From Christensenellales bacterium (GTDB taxonomy: Bacteria > Bacillota > Clostridia > Christensenellales > CALWSW01): a stretch of DNA of 64,000 bases. Below the pieces are notes generated by a model that saw only the letters and a program-made list of their open reading frames with translations, did no database searches and had not been told where the DNA came from. The translations under genes and the position numbers were made by a program. Shown here in pieces: positions 1-8,893 of this stretch. The stretch is from the NCBI GenBank assembly GCA_040768925.1, contig JAXGLZ010000001.1, forward strand, positions 607,016 through 671,015, written 5' to 3'. Each line of letters starts with the position of its first letter. The stretch's first letter is position 1.

Positions 1-1
1 C

Positions 2-472
2 CAAAAACTGTGCTTCCGCATCCACAGTTTCAGCGTCGCGCAGGAAGTCGACCCGGCCATTACGGCGCTGGAGGCATGGGAAAACAACCTTCGCAAGGTG
101 AAACAGCAGTTTCTTGCGAGGGGGCTGCCGCTTACGCTTTTCCGCAATATCGGCTGCATCGTCTCAAAGCAGGACCTGCTGGAGCGCAGGGTGTGTTTTG
201 GGGAGGCGTTTGTTTTTCTGGACGACAATATGGGTGTTGAGCCGGACGCCGCGCTGCCCGCGGGCAGGTTCGTCTGCATGTACTGCGACGGCATGACCGC
301 GCCGGACGGCAGCTATGTCGAGGAGGCCGCCATTTTGGAAATGCTCGATTATATCGAGGAACACAATCTCACCGTCAACGGCGATTACCATGGCGAGGTT
401 TTGGCGGAAACGCCCGCTTTTCATTATACGGACAGAGAAATGTTCGTGAAGCTGCAGATCCCCGTGGTGTGA
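2..472 (+). CDS. MerR-family regulator, C-terminal part (linker plus GyrI-like effector-binding domain); 5' end lies outside the window
   Basis: The frame is open from the window edge, with no stop before the track start at 98 (a GTG). The tail ...FVCMYCDG...NGDYHGEVLAETPAFHYTDREMFVKLQIPVV resembles BmrR/TipA-type ligand domains. Stop is TGA. Confidence 0.45.
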   Translation, partial: QKLCFRIHSFSVAQEVDPAITALEAWENNLRKVKQQFLARGLPLTLFRNIGCIVSKQDLLERRVCFGEAFVFLDDNMGVEPDAALPAGRFVCMYCDGMTAPDGSYVEEAAILEMLDYIEEHNLTVNGDYHGEVLAETPAFHYTDREMFVKLQIPVV

Positions 473-490
473 ATCGCGCGGCATGGCTGG

Positions 491-2785
491 TCATGACGGC
501 TTTGCGTGGAATAGCTGGAACAGGTATTCCTGCTCGATCCACGCGCAGGTTTCCGAATAAATGCGATAACTGTTCTTAATAAAGACATTGGCGGGGGAAG
601 CCGCGCCCTTTTCCGCCAGCGGGCGGTTTTTTTTGAGTTCTTCCAGGGCGTATAAATGGTTGCGCCAGCCGCGGTCGATGCAGTGCAGCAGAAGCATGCT
701 CCGGGCCTGTTCCCATTCGCCGCCGAACAGTTTTGCGCGTTCCTCATACGCAAAAAGCGCCAAATCCCCGTATATCCCGCCAAGCTCCTTTGCCGTATCA
801 AACCGCGGCCCGGCCGCGTACCGCACCCCGAACAGCCCGGCGCATTCCCGCTCCAATTCCCGGATTTCCTGTTCGCTCGGCGCGGCGCCGGGCAGATATT
901 CTTTTTGCAGCCGGAGGATCTGCCTTTTGATCAGGTCCTTTGCAAGGCCGTCAAGATCCTGCCGCGTCAGCGCGCGTTCCCGGAATTCCAGAATCTGTTT
1001 GCGCTGCCGCTGGATGACCGTATCCTCCTCCAGCGCGCGCTTGCGCTGGGCCGCCGCGCTCGCTTCCGCGGAATCTTGGGCGCGGCGGAAGGCGCGGGGC
1101 GAAAATTTCGCGGCGCCGCCCCCGTGCAGCCGGTAAACCTCGTCGTCCGGCGCGATGAAAAAGATGCTTTCCCCCGGGTCGCCCTGGCGGCCCGCCCTGC
1201 CCGAAAGCTGTTCGTCCACCCTTCCGGAATGGTGCCGTTCCGCACCCAGCACAAGCAGCCCGCCAAGGGCGCGTATCCGCCCGCTTTCCCCCGCGCCGCC
1301 CGCGCCGAGGAGGATGTCCGTGCCGCGCCCCGCCATGTTCGTCGCGACGGTTACCGCGCCGCTTTTGCCGGCCTGTTTGATGATCGCCGCTTCCTCGGCG
1401 TGCAGTTTCGCGTTCAGAACGGAGTGGGGAACGCGTTCCCGGTGAAGCAGCGCGCTGACTTCCTCGCTCATTTCCACACTGGGCGTGCCGATCAGAACGG
1501 GCCTGCCGCTCTTGTATTCGTTTTGGGCCTTTTTTGTCAGTTTTTCCAGCTTGTCCTGCCGGCAGGAACACAAAACATCTTCCCGGTCTATGCGGATGCA
1601 GGGCCTGTTCGGCGGAATGCGGCGCACGGCCGCGCCAAAGGTGCCCTCCAATTCGCGCCTGGCGGTCCAGGCGGTGCCGGTCATGCCGGAAACGCCGCGA
1701 TACCCCTTGAAAAAACCCTGGTAGGTTATCGTGGCCAGGGCGTCGCTTTCGGGGTGGATTTCTGCGCGCTCCTTCGCCTCGATCGCCTGGTGCAGCCCTT
1801 CCGAGAACCTGCGCCCTTCCATGACCCGGCCCGTGTGCCTGTCGACGATGCGCACCCGCCCGTCCAAAACGATATAGTCGATGTCTTGCCGCATCAGGCC
1901 GTACGCCCGCATGGCCTGGATGACCCGGTGATAGGTTTCGGCGTTTTCCGGCGAAAACAGGTTAAAAATGCGGTAATAAGCCTGGGCTTTGCGCACGCCT
2001 TCCGGGCAGATGAAAACCGCTTTCTTTTTTTCGTCCACAATATAATCGGCGGTTTCGCCGTCTATTTCGGCGTCCTCGTCAAACGAAGCGTAATGCCGGG
2101 GCTTGAGGTAGCGGACCAGCGTGTCCGCCTGGGCGCAGTTCAATACGCCCGTTTCGCCGGAGGAGGATAAAATCATCGGGGTCGTGGCTTCGTCCAGAAG
2201 GATGCTGTCCGCCTCGTCCACGATCGCCCGGTACAGCCCCCGCTGCACCCGCTGGGAAATATCCGTCACGATGCCGTCCCGAAGATAGTCGAAACCCAGT
2301 TCCGTGGCGGTCGCATAAAGCACGTCGCACCGATAGGCCCGCTGCTTTTTTTCGCATTCATGGCCGGCCAGCGTCAGGCCCGCCGTAACGCCCAGCGCCT
2401 CATAGGCCGGCAGCATCCAGTTGTAATCGCGCTCCGCCAGGTATTCGTTCGCCGTGGCGATATGCACAAAATCCCCTTTGACCGCGTGAAAATAAGCGGG
2501 CATGACGGCTGTCAGCGTCTTGCCTTCGCCTGTGTTCATTTCGATGATATTCCCGTTGCACAAAGCGGCCGCCGCCAGCAGCTGCACGTTAAAGACGCGG
2601 TAGCCCAGGGTGAGCTCCGCGGCCGCCGCGGCCGCGCCGCACGCCTTTTGCGCAAGATCCCCGGCTTTGGGGTTTGATTTCAGTTCCCTGGTGACGGCGC
2701 CGAGGCGATGTATTCCGATATTGAGATAGGCGTCGCGCCAATAAGCGGCCTCGCGGGCCGTTTTTCTCAATTGCCGCAATGTCAT
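491..2785 (-). CDS. secA: SecA-family preprotein translocase ATPase, short paralogue (764 aa)
   Basis: SecA motor motifs are present: EMNTGEGKTL (Walker A), VDEADSILLDEATTPMI (DEAD box) and TNMAGRGTDI. PPXD and scaffold regions are also present. There is no C-terminal Zn-finger tail. Confidence 0.9.
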   Translation of the reverse strand: MTLRQLRKTAREAAYWRDAYLNIGIHRLGAVTRELKSNPKAGDLAQKACGAAAAAAELTLGYRVFNVQLLAAAALCNGNIIEMNTGEGKTLTAVMPAYFHAVKGDFVHIATANEYLAERDYNWMLPAYEALGVTAGLTLAGHECEKKQRAYRCDVLYATATELGFDYLRDGIVTDISQRVQRGLYRAIVDEADSILLDEATTPMILSSSGETGVLNCAQADTLVRYLKPRHYASFDEDAEIDGETADYIVDEKKKAVFICPEGVRKAQAYYRIFNLFSPENAETYHRVIQAMRAYGLMRQDIDYIVLDGRVRIVDRHTGRVMEGRRFSEGLHQAIEAKERAEIHPESDALATITYQGFFKGYRGVSGMTGTAWTARRELEGTFGAAVRRIPPNRPCIRIDREDVLCSCRQDKLEKLTKKAQNEYKSGRPVLIGTPSVEMSEEVSALLHRERVPHSVLNAKLHAEEAAIIKQAGKSGAVTVATNMAGRGTDILLGAGGAGESGRIRALGGLLVLGAERHHSGRVDEQLSGRAGRQGDPGESIFFIAPDDEVYRLHGGGAAKFSPRAFRRAQDSAEASAAAQRKRALEEDTVIQRQRKQILEFRERALTRQDLDGLAKDLIKRQILRLQKEYLPGAAPSEQEIRELERECAGLFGVRYAAGPRFDTAKELGGIYGDLALFAYEERAKLFGGEWEQARSMLLLHCIDRGWRNHLYALEELKKNRPLAEKGAASPANVFIKNSYRIYSETCAWIEQEYLFQLFHAKPS

Positions 2786-3092
2786 GGTGCGTTTTGTCTT
2801 TCTTGGCTTTCACTTTTGCCGCAGGCATGCCGGCGGCAGCGCCCGAATTTCCGGCCGGGCCGGTTTGCGGCGCCTCGCAAAATAGAATTTGGGGGGTATC
2901 CGCCCGGCGCTTTGACCGGTCCTGTCCGCTTAAACCGCAACGGGCCGCCGGCCCGGCGTTCGGGGAATTGCCCCCGAATGCCGGGCGTGGCAGCCCATTG
3001 TCGCCTATGCCGGATGCCGCAGCGCGGCACCCGTTTGCCCGGCGGCGTTTTTGAACCGCGTTGCCTGACGCGGCGCCGCCCGGTTCCGGCTT

Positions 3093-4148
3093 TTACTCCA
3101 CCGTGAACACCACGCTGGAAGCCATCGGGGAAACCTTGTCGTCCGCGGTGCGCGCGCGGACGTCCAGCTTAAACGTGCCGGGCATTTCGGTCACATAGCT
3201 GAAATACCAGTAAACCCATTTGTCTGTTTCGGCGTTTTCCACCTCGCAGCTCGTCCAGGTATCGCCGCCGTCCATAGAAAACTCGATCGCGGCGACGGAA
3301 ACGTCGTAGTCGTCGGCATATCCTTCGAACACGATCTGGTCACCCACGGCAAACACCCTGTCCTCAAAACGGTTGACCACGCTCACCTTCGCGCGCTGGT
3401 CGTCGATGGCCCTCAGCACCTCGGGCACGTTTTCTTCGACCGTGAACTCCACCTCCGTGACGTTGCGCGTAAAGTACCTCGCCACGGATTTCGGCACCCA
3501 GACCTGCAAGCCGGAAGGAACGTCCGCGTCGCCGATCTTGTAGACGAATATCGCGTCCTTTTCGAGGGCGTAGGTGAGGGGCATCGCGATGCCGTAGCCG
3601 TCGTCGCTCTTAAAGGTGATCGTGTTGGCGGCTTCTTCCGCGTCGACGATCTGCATGATGTTTTTGAGCGGCACACCCACAACCTGGGCGTTTGCGATGG
3701 CCGCACCGGTCGCGCAGGAGCATTTCAGCGTGCGCTCCTCGGTTCCCTGGTCCTGAAGCGCCGTCAAAGAAACGGTCTGCGTCTTTTTGATCGCGCCGCT
3801 GAAGTTCAGATAGTATTCCTCTACCTTCACATTGTCAAACGCAAAGCCGGGCTTGGCGCACATGGCCGTCGCCGCGGTGCCGAAGAGGCTGAACACCTCG
3901 TCCGGCGGGGTGATCACGTTCTGGTCGAACGCGAACGCGCCTTTGACGTTGGCGACGCTTTCGTATTCCGTTTCCTCCCGCGCGGATACGGTGATCCCGT
4001 TTGCCTTCGCCACGCTGTTTTCCGGCGCGACGCGTTCTTCCGCGACCGCGGGCGCTGTGGCGGCTTGCGTATACGTGGCCGCGGCGCCCACAACCAGCGT
4101 GGCCGCTCCCACAACAGAGCCGACGCCCTTTATGATTTTTTTATTCAT
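3093..4148 (-). CDS. Secreted sulfite-oxidase-fold (Oxidored_molyb-like) domain protein with C-terminal Ig-like domain
   Basis: N-terminal signal peptide MNKKIIKGVGSVVGAATLVVGAAATYTQA. The core LKCSCATGAAIANAQVVGVPLKNIM...DDGYGIAMPL...VWVPKSVARYFTRNVTEVEF is paralogous to the Mo-domain of the upstream gene. AGGGGG RBS. Confidence 0.65.
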   Translation of the reverse strand: MNKKIIKGVGSVVGAATLVVGAAATYTQAATAPAVAEERVAPENSVAKANGITVSAREETEYESVANVKGAFAFDQNVITPPDEVFSLFGTAATAMCAKPGFAFDNVKVEEYYLNFSGAIKKTQTVSLTALQDQGTEERTLKCSCATGAAIANAQVVGVPLKNIMQIVDAEEAANTITFKSDDGYGIAMPLTYALEKDAIFVYKIGDADVPSGLQVWVPKSVARYFTRNVTEVEFTVEENVPEVLRAIDDQRAKVSVVNRFEDRVFAVGDQIVFEGYADDYDVSVAAIEFSMDGGDTWTSCEVENAETDKWVYWYFSYVTEMPGTFKLDVRARTADDKVSPMASSVVFTVE

Positions 4149-4163
4149 CGATTTTACCCCCTG

Positions 4164-5963
4164 CTATTCCACGTTAATGAGGAAGTCCGTATTGATGTTG
4201 GCGACGCGTTCCTGGCCGTCGAGCGTCATGCTGGTCGCGCGCATACGCAGCAGATACGAACCGGCTTCTTCCGGCTTGAACTTCAGCGTCCAGTAGGTCC
4301 AGCGGCCGCTGTCGTTATTCGGGGTTTCCACCCTGATCCAGGTGTTGCCGTGGTCGAAGGAGAATTCCATCAAAAGGATGGCTTCGTCCCACGCGTCCGC
4401 ATAGCCTTCGAGCACGATTTCTTCGCCCAGCTTGAAGATCTGGCCGTTGGCGGCGGTCAGAACGCCCATGTTGGGCTTCGAGAACACCTCGCCGGTGGAA
4501 GGATCGATGAAATCGCCGACCAGCGCCCAGTGCGCGGGGTTTTCCTGCTTGGTGACCACCAGCTCGGTCACCTGCTTGACGTTGTTGCCGGAAGACGCGT
4601 TGTAAACCCAGGTCGCGCAGGGGTAGCCCTGGCTGGCGGGCAGCGGCTGGCCGTTGACCTCGATGACGAGCAGCGCCTTGTTCTTGATCACGAAATCGTA
4701 GTTCATCGGATAGGAGTTTTTCCCGCTGCCATAGGTGTCGAAGGCGATGGCGTCGAAAGAGGTGACGTCGTCGTGCACCTGGGCGTATTCGAAGATGCGC
4801 TCGAGCGGCACGCCCGTCACTTCCGACTGGAAGATCATCGAATCGCCCACGCCGTTGATGCAGCACTGCGAGCTCATGACCTGGGTGACGGTGCCGAATT
4901 TTTCAACAAGATCCGTGAGCTTCATGGTGAAGGGGTTGTCCATATCGCCGCGGACGGTGATTTCCCACTGCTCCATGATCTCGGGAACGATCTGGCTGTC
5001 GTCCGTCAGCCAATCGGCGGGCTCGTTCTTCAGCCACTTGTAATACATGTTTTCAACGGGGGTAATCACATCCTGGGAATACGTGATTGTTGCGTTGGCA
5101 TTCTCCGCCGCAAGGTCTTTTATGCCCCTAAGGTGGTCGTATTTCACATAATCCCAGCGCAGATAGTTGCCGTCCCCGTCGATGTAGTGGCAGGACTGGC
5201 AGCTGCCGTTCATTGCCTGGAAGTTCGCGCTGCCCATATGCGTCGCGTGGATGGTGTCCCTGAGGGGCGTTTTATAGAACGAGTGGCAGGCCACGCAGGT
5301 GCCGAGGGTCAGCTTGGTGGCGTACTTCATATACATAACGCCGTGGAAGGTTTCCATCTGGGTGATGACATCCTCAAGCTCGTGGCAGGCGTTGCAGCCG
5401 CGGTTGTCCGCGTCCATATAAACGTTGTTCCAGCCGATTTCGTCGGACGGGACCGCCTGCACGCGCACGCCGTTTTCAAGGGTTTTTACGCGCGGGGCGT
5501 TCTCGACCCCGGAGGCGGCGTTTCGCTCCGTTTTCGAGTATTCGAAGGGAAGAGCGGCCTCCTTGGACGGGTATTCGCTTTCGCCCGTTTCGCCGGCGCT
5601 GCCGGACAGGGCGGCCTTAACCGCGGCCATAATGCCTTCGGAAGTGGCGGTCGCCCCGGAAACGGCGTCCACCTCCGCGCTGTTCTTCGCCACGATCTCC
5701 TTCGGCACCTGCTCGATGGCGGGATCGCTGATTCCGGCGGTTTCGCTGTGGGACACCACCTTTACGTCCGTAATCGCGCCGTCCGTCAGTGTGACCTCAA
5801 CGCTGATTTCGCCGTTGTGTCCCGCGGCGCTGCCTAAAAGCGTTTCCACAGACGGCTGGGGCGGCGTCGCTTCCCCGCCCGGTTCCGGGGTTGCCTGCGG
5901 GGCGCAGGCCGCCAGCAAAAGGCAGCCCGTCAGGCCTGCAAGCACTCGGATGATTCGTTTCAT
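4164..5963 (-). CDS. Lipoprotein fusing an FMN_bind (flavinylation-type) domain, three CxxCH haem-c motifs, an Oxidored_molyb-like domain and a C-terminal Ig-like domain
   Basis: Lipobox LLLAAC. The FMN_bind signature HNGEISVEVTLTDGAITDVKVVSHSETAGIS...EVDAVSGATATSEGI includes the SGAT flavinylation motif. Haem motifs are CNACH, CVACH and CQSCH (about nt 5187-5396). The Mo-domain block is WEITVRGDMDNPFTMKLTDL...SSQCCINGVG...TGVPLERIF...NGQPLPASQGYP. AAGGAGGG RBS. Confidence 0.75.
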   Translation of the reverse strand: MKRIIRVLAGLTGCLLLAACAPQATPEPGGEATPPQPSVETLLGSAAGHNGEISVEVTLTDGAITDVKVVSHSETAGISDPAIEQVPKEIVAKNSAEVDAVSGATATSEGIMAAVKAALSGSAGETGESEYPSKEAALPFEYSKTERNAASGVENAPRVKTLENGVRVQAVPSDEIGWNNVYMDADNRGCNACHELEDVITQMETFHGVMYMKYATKLTLGTCVACHSFYKTPLRDTIHATHMGSANFQAMNGSCQSCHYIDGDGNYLRWDYVKYDHLRGIKDLAAENANATITYSQDVITPVENMYYKWLKNEPADWLTDDSQIVPEIMEQWEITVRGDMDNPFTMKLTDLVEKFGTVTQVMSSQCCINGVGDSMIFQSEVTGVPLERIFEYAQVHDDVTSFDAIAFDTYGSGKNSYPMNYDFVIKNKALLVIEVNGQPLPASQGYPCATWVYNASSGNNVKQVTELVVTKQENPAHWALVGDFIDPSTGEVFSKPNMGVLTAANGQIFKLGEEIVLEGYADAWDEAILLMEFSFDHGNTWIRVETPNNDSGRWTYWTLKFKPEEAGSYLLRMRATSMTLDGQERVANINTDFLINVE

Positions 5964-6333
5964 GTCTCAAATCCCTCCTTAATTATTGCTGCTGAGCGCA
6001 AGCGCCCGCATACAAGGCTGATCCAAAGAATTGCGCTTGCCGGCCGCCCGCCGGGCGAACGCAATGGGGCGCGGGGCCGCATCGCGGCGCGCTTGCCTGA
6101 ACCGGGCGTCCGCTGCGCCCGGGCTGCGGAATCTTTCGTCTGGATAAGGCATGTCTATGTATTAACAGTGTAAAGTCTGCCCCTGGGGCAAGGTCAAGAG
6201 CTCATCCTGCGAAAAGACCGCGCGGAACAAATTTTTAGCCCGAATGACGCGCTTTGCGGGAACACGGATGATGAAGGGCGAAGCGAGAGACTTTTTTCCA
6301 CAAAACCCGCGACAAAACCCGCGCGGAAAATCG

Positions 6334-6361
6334 TTGTATTCGCGGAGTTTTTTGATATAAT
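6334..6361 (+). promoter_or_regulatory. Candidate sigma-A promoter (TTGTAT, 16 nt spacer, TGaTATAAT extended -10)
   Basis: Read directly: TTGTAT at 6334-6339 and TATAAT at 6356-6361, preceded by TGa. The nearest same-strand CDS starts about 350 nt downstream at 6718. Confidence 0.35.
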
Positions 6362-6717
6362 GTTCCACGGCATAAAAAGGAGGTCGGGTCGGCTGCCGGC
6401 GCGGACTGCGCAACTCATGTAGGAGCCCAAAGGCGGGCTCGGAATTTTATAGCGCAGGGGTTTCCCCTGTGGGTCAGTGGGGGAAAAGCCCCATCCGTAC
6501 TTGTATAAAACAACATGAGCGTATTAAAAGTAGACCGTTCCTGCGCAAGCGGACAGATTACTATATAAAACGCAGGTAAACGACCGGAAATTGGGATAAA
6601 TAAAATGCGGGGGCTTCCCCAATCTAATAAATAAGACAATCAAGGCGGGTTTGTTATCGCGGCGCGCGTCGCCGCCTTATACAGGTACAATTCAATTTTT
6701 TTGGGAAGGAAAGCACC

Positions 6718-7515
6718 ATGAAAAAATTAATTGTATTGTTTTTGACTCTTTGCCTTGCCCTGTCCGGCTGCGCGGCGGCCGCGACACAGGCGCCCGACGC
6801 CGCGGACGGCGGGCGTTCCCGCGGCAATTATTCGGACGAGATGAAGATCCCCTACGCCGCGGATCTGGACGAAGAATACGGCGCGGACAGCGTGGAGCGC
6901 GAAGGCGACCACGAGGACAGCCCGTATTTCAGTACGCTGGATTGTTACAACATGGAATCCACGGATACGCTCACCATCCTCACCCACTTCAAAACCCAGC
7001 AGCAGACCAGCGAGTGGAGCTGCGGGGTGTCCGGCGTTCTGATGGTCCTCAACTGGTACGGCGCCCTGGGCGAGCACAACGAGGAAACCCTCGCCGCGTT
7101 CCGCAGCAACGGCGCCGAGCCGGGGGCGACCAGCCTGAGGCAGGCCGTGGAAATCTTCGAGGGCGTCGGCGGGTTCGAGCTTTACACCACCTTCGATTGC
7201 GCCGATAGCGTCCAGGATGTGTTTACCCTGGAGTACATCCAAAAGACGCTGAAAGAAGGCCATCCCATCATGGTCGGCTGGAACGACTGGGGCGGCCACT
7301 GGCAGGTCATCATCGGCTACGACACCATGGGCACAGAGACGGCTCAGGACGATGTTCTGATCGTGGCCGATCCCTATGACACCACGGACCACAACCAGGA
7401 CGGCTACGGCGTATACGGCGCCGAGCGCTTCATTTATAACTTCACGTTCTACAACTTCTTCGATGAGGCCGAATTGAACGATATGTGCTTCATCGTCGCA
7501 GTGCCGAAGCAGTAA
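6718..7515 (+). CDS. Peptidase C39-like (BtrH_N/C39_2) family lipoprotein
   Basis: Lipobox LALSGC. Catalytic-type Cys context QTSEWSCGVSGVLMVLNWYG and His context GGHWQVIIGYD...LIVADPYD. GGAAGG RBS. Confidence 0.65.
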   Translation: MKKLIVLFLTLCLALSGCAAAATQAPDAADGGRSRGNYSDEMKIPYAADLDEEYGADSVEREGDHEDSPYFSTLDCYNMESTDTLTILTHFKTQQQTSEWSCGVSGVLMVLNWYGALGEHNEETLAAFRSNGAEPGATSLRQAVEIFEGVGGFELYTTFDCADSVQDVFTLEYIQKTLKEGHPIMVGWNDWGGHWQVIIGYDTMGTETAQDDVLIVADPYDTTDHNQDGYGVYGAERFIYNFTFYNFFDEAELNDMCFIVAVPKQ

Positions 7516-7555
7516 TACGGCCCTCCGACCCGGCCGCATTTGCCGCGCGAAAGGG

Positions 7556-7582
7556 ACGGGCCCCCGCCGGGGGCCCGTTTTT
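7556..7582 (+). terminator. Rho-independent terminator after the C39-like gene
   Basis: ACGGGCCCCC-gcc-GGGGGCCCGT followed by TTTTT. Confidence 0.75.
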
Positions 7583-7900
7583 AAAATTCCCGCAGGCCTT
7601 CCGCCGCCTTAGGCGGTTTCGGCGCCCGGCGGCAGGAGCCGCAAAAAGGGTTTGCAAAAACCCCGGACAGGGCTGTGAACGTCTGCCTCGCATAAAAGCC
7701 GCCGGCGCTCATCCCCAAAAAGCCCCGCTGCCCCGGGGGGCTTTTTTTGTTCCCGTTTTGTTTTTGTTGTTTGCTTCGGGCCGCTGTGATATGTTTTATG
7801 CGGAATACGCTGCCGCAAAGGGCAAAGAAAAGCATGCCGCCCTGTGCAGCCGGGAGCAAAAACTTTCCGGTTGGTCCCCGTCAAACCCCGCGGTGGAACG

Positions 7901-8566
7901 ATGAAACGCTTTGAAAAGTCATCCGGCAAAAATCCGCCCGCGCTTTTCATTCCGAAAAGCAGCAGGCTGCTGAACTGCGCCCTTTGCGGTTCCCCCGGGA
8001 TGGGCGGGCGCGGCCTTTGCCCGGATTGCGAACAAAAAATGCCCCAAAAGCCCGAAACAAGAAGGATTCCCGGAATCGGCCGGGCGGAGGCGGCGTTTGT
8101 TTACGAAGAGCCCGCCGCCGCCCTGGTTCACCGGTTCAAGTATCAAAACGGCCGCTATCTTGCGGAGCTTTTCGCCCTTTTTATGGCGGGGCTGGACGAT
8201 TTTCCCAAGGAAGCGGTGCTCGTTCCCGTTCCGCTGCACCCAAAGCGGCAAAAACTCCGCGGCTTTTCCCAAACCGTGGAGCTTTGCAAAGAGCTTTCCA
8301 AACTGACGGACCGGCGGGCGGAATGCGCCCTGCTGACAAGGAACCGGGATACGCCCCCCCAGACCGGCCTGCCTTTTGCGCAGCGCCGGACGAACCTTGC
8401 CGGGGCGTTCACGTCCGGCGGCGCAACGGGTCTTTCCGTGATTCTGGTGGACGACGTGATCACCAGCGGCGCAACGCTTCAGGAATGCGCAAAAACCCTG
8501 AAAAGCGCGGGGGCCGCGGCGGTTTTTGCCCTTTGCGCCTGCTCCGCCGAAAAGGGCGCGCAGTAA
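7901..8566 (+). CDS. comFC: ComF family protein (ComFC-type phosphoribosyltransferase-like)
   Basis: N-terminal CxxC...CxxC cluster (CALCGS...CPDCEQ). LVPVPLHPKRQKLRGFSQ and the PRTase motif ILVDDVITSGATL are present. I trimmed the track ORF 7844 to the ATG at 7901. Confidence 0.8.
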   Translation: MKRFEKSSGKNPPALFIPKSSRLLNCALCGSPGMGGRGLCPDCEQKMPQKPETRRIPGIGRAEAAFVYEEPAAALVHRFKYQNGRYLAELFALFMAGLDDFPKEAVLVPVPLHPKRQKLRGFSQTVELCKELSKLTDRRAECALLTRNRDTPPQTGLPFAQRRTNLAGAFTSGGATGLSVILVDDVITSGATLQECAKTLKSAGAAAVFALCACSAEKGAQ

Positions 8567-8582
8567 CGCCTGAAATCAAACG

Positions 8583-8887
8583 CCCGGGCGGCCGATGCGT
8601 CATGCCCGGGCGTTAGGCCGGCTGGTTTTTCGCTTCGCGCAGGGTCGTCGTCGGCGAAGCCGACATCATTCCTTGATGAAATACCGTAATCTGCGATTTC
8701 GGTTCAGCCGGCAGGAATCCTTGTAAAAGTGCCGGAATCTGCGATTTCAGCGAAAGAAATTTCGGCCACAAGTGACCGAAATAATGCGTCAAAAGTTGAT
8801 TGAAGCTTAGGGGCTGGGGTCCCTGAATCGTGGGATAGGGTTTTTTTACAGTCTGGCCCGGGCGGCCGATGCGGCATGCCCGGGCGT
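8583..8887 (+). repeat. Type-1 modular hairpin repeat, copy A (element about 8614-8856), bracketed by two copies of the comFC/GT2 terminator core
   Basis: The 31-bp CCCGGGCGGCCGATGCG(T/G)CATGCCCGGGCGT occurs at 8583-8613 and 8857-8887 (30/31 identical). The interior shares modules with copies at 14.6, 37.4 and 46.3 kb, including TTCGCTTCGCGCAGG, the palindrome TTTCGG(C/T)CACAAGTGACCGAAA, and GTTGATTGAAGCTTAGGGGCTGGGGTCCCTGAA. Confidence 0.8.
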
Positions 8888-8893
8888 TTGATT

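Noticed and set aside
656-2170. Other long antisense or overlapping ORFs from the track: 656..2170+, 4065..5837+, 8876..10384+, 13388..14620-, 15841..17496+, 17288..18382-, 26127..27632-, 29438..31141+, 35223..36422-, 42246..43193+, 43727..45418-, 46457..47254-, 60272..61297+.
   Set aside because: Each lies opposite a gene with strong family motifs. All are R/G/A/P/H-biased without recognisable domains. They are GC-driven open frames, not genes.
4148-4166. Read-through fusion of the FMN/haem/Mo lipoprotein with the downstream Mo-domain protein. The genes share a frame and are separated by TAG plus 5 codons.
   Set aside because: The downstream gene has its own AGGGGG RBS, ATG and complete signal peptide. 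Sharing a frame has a one-in-three chance expectation.
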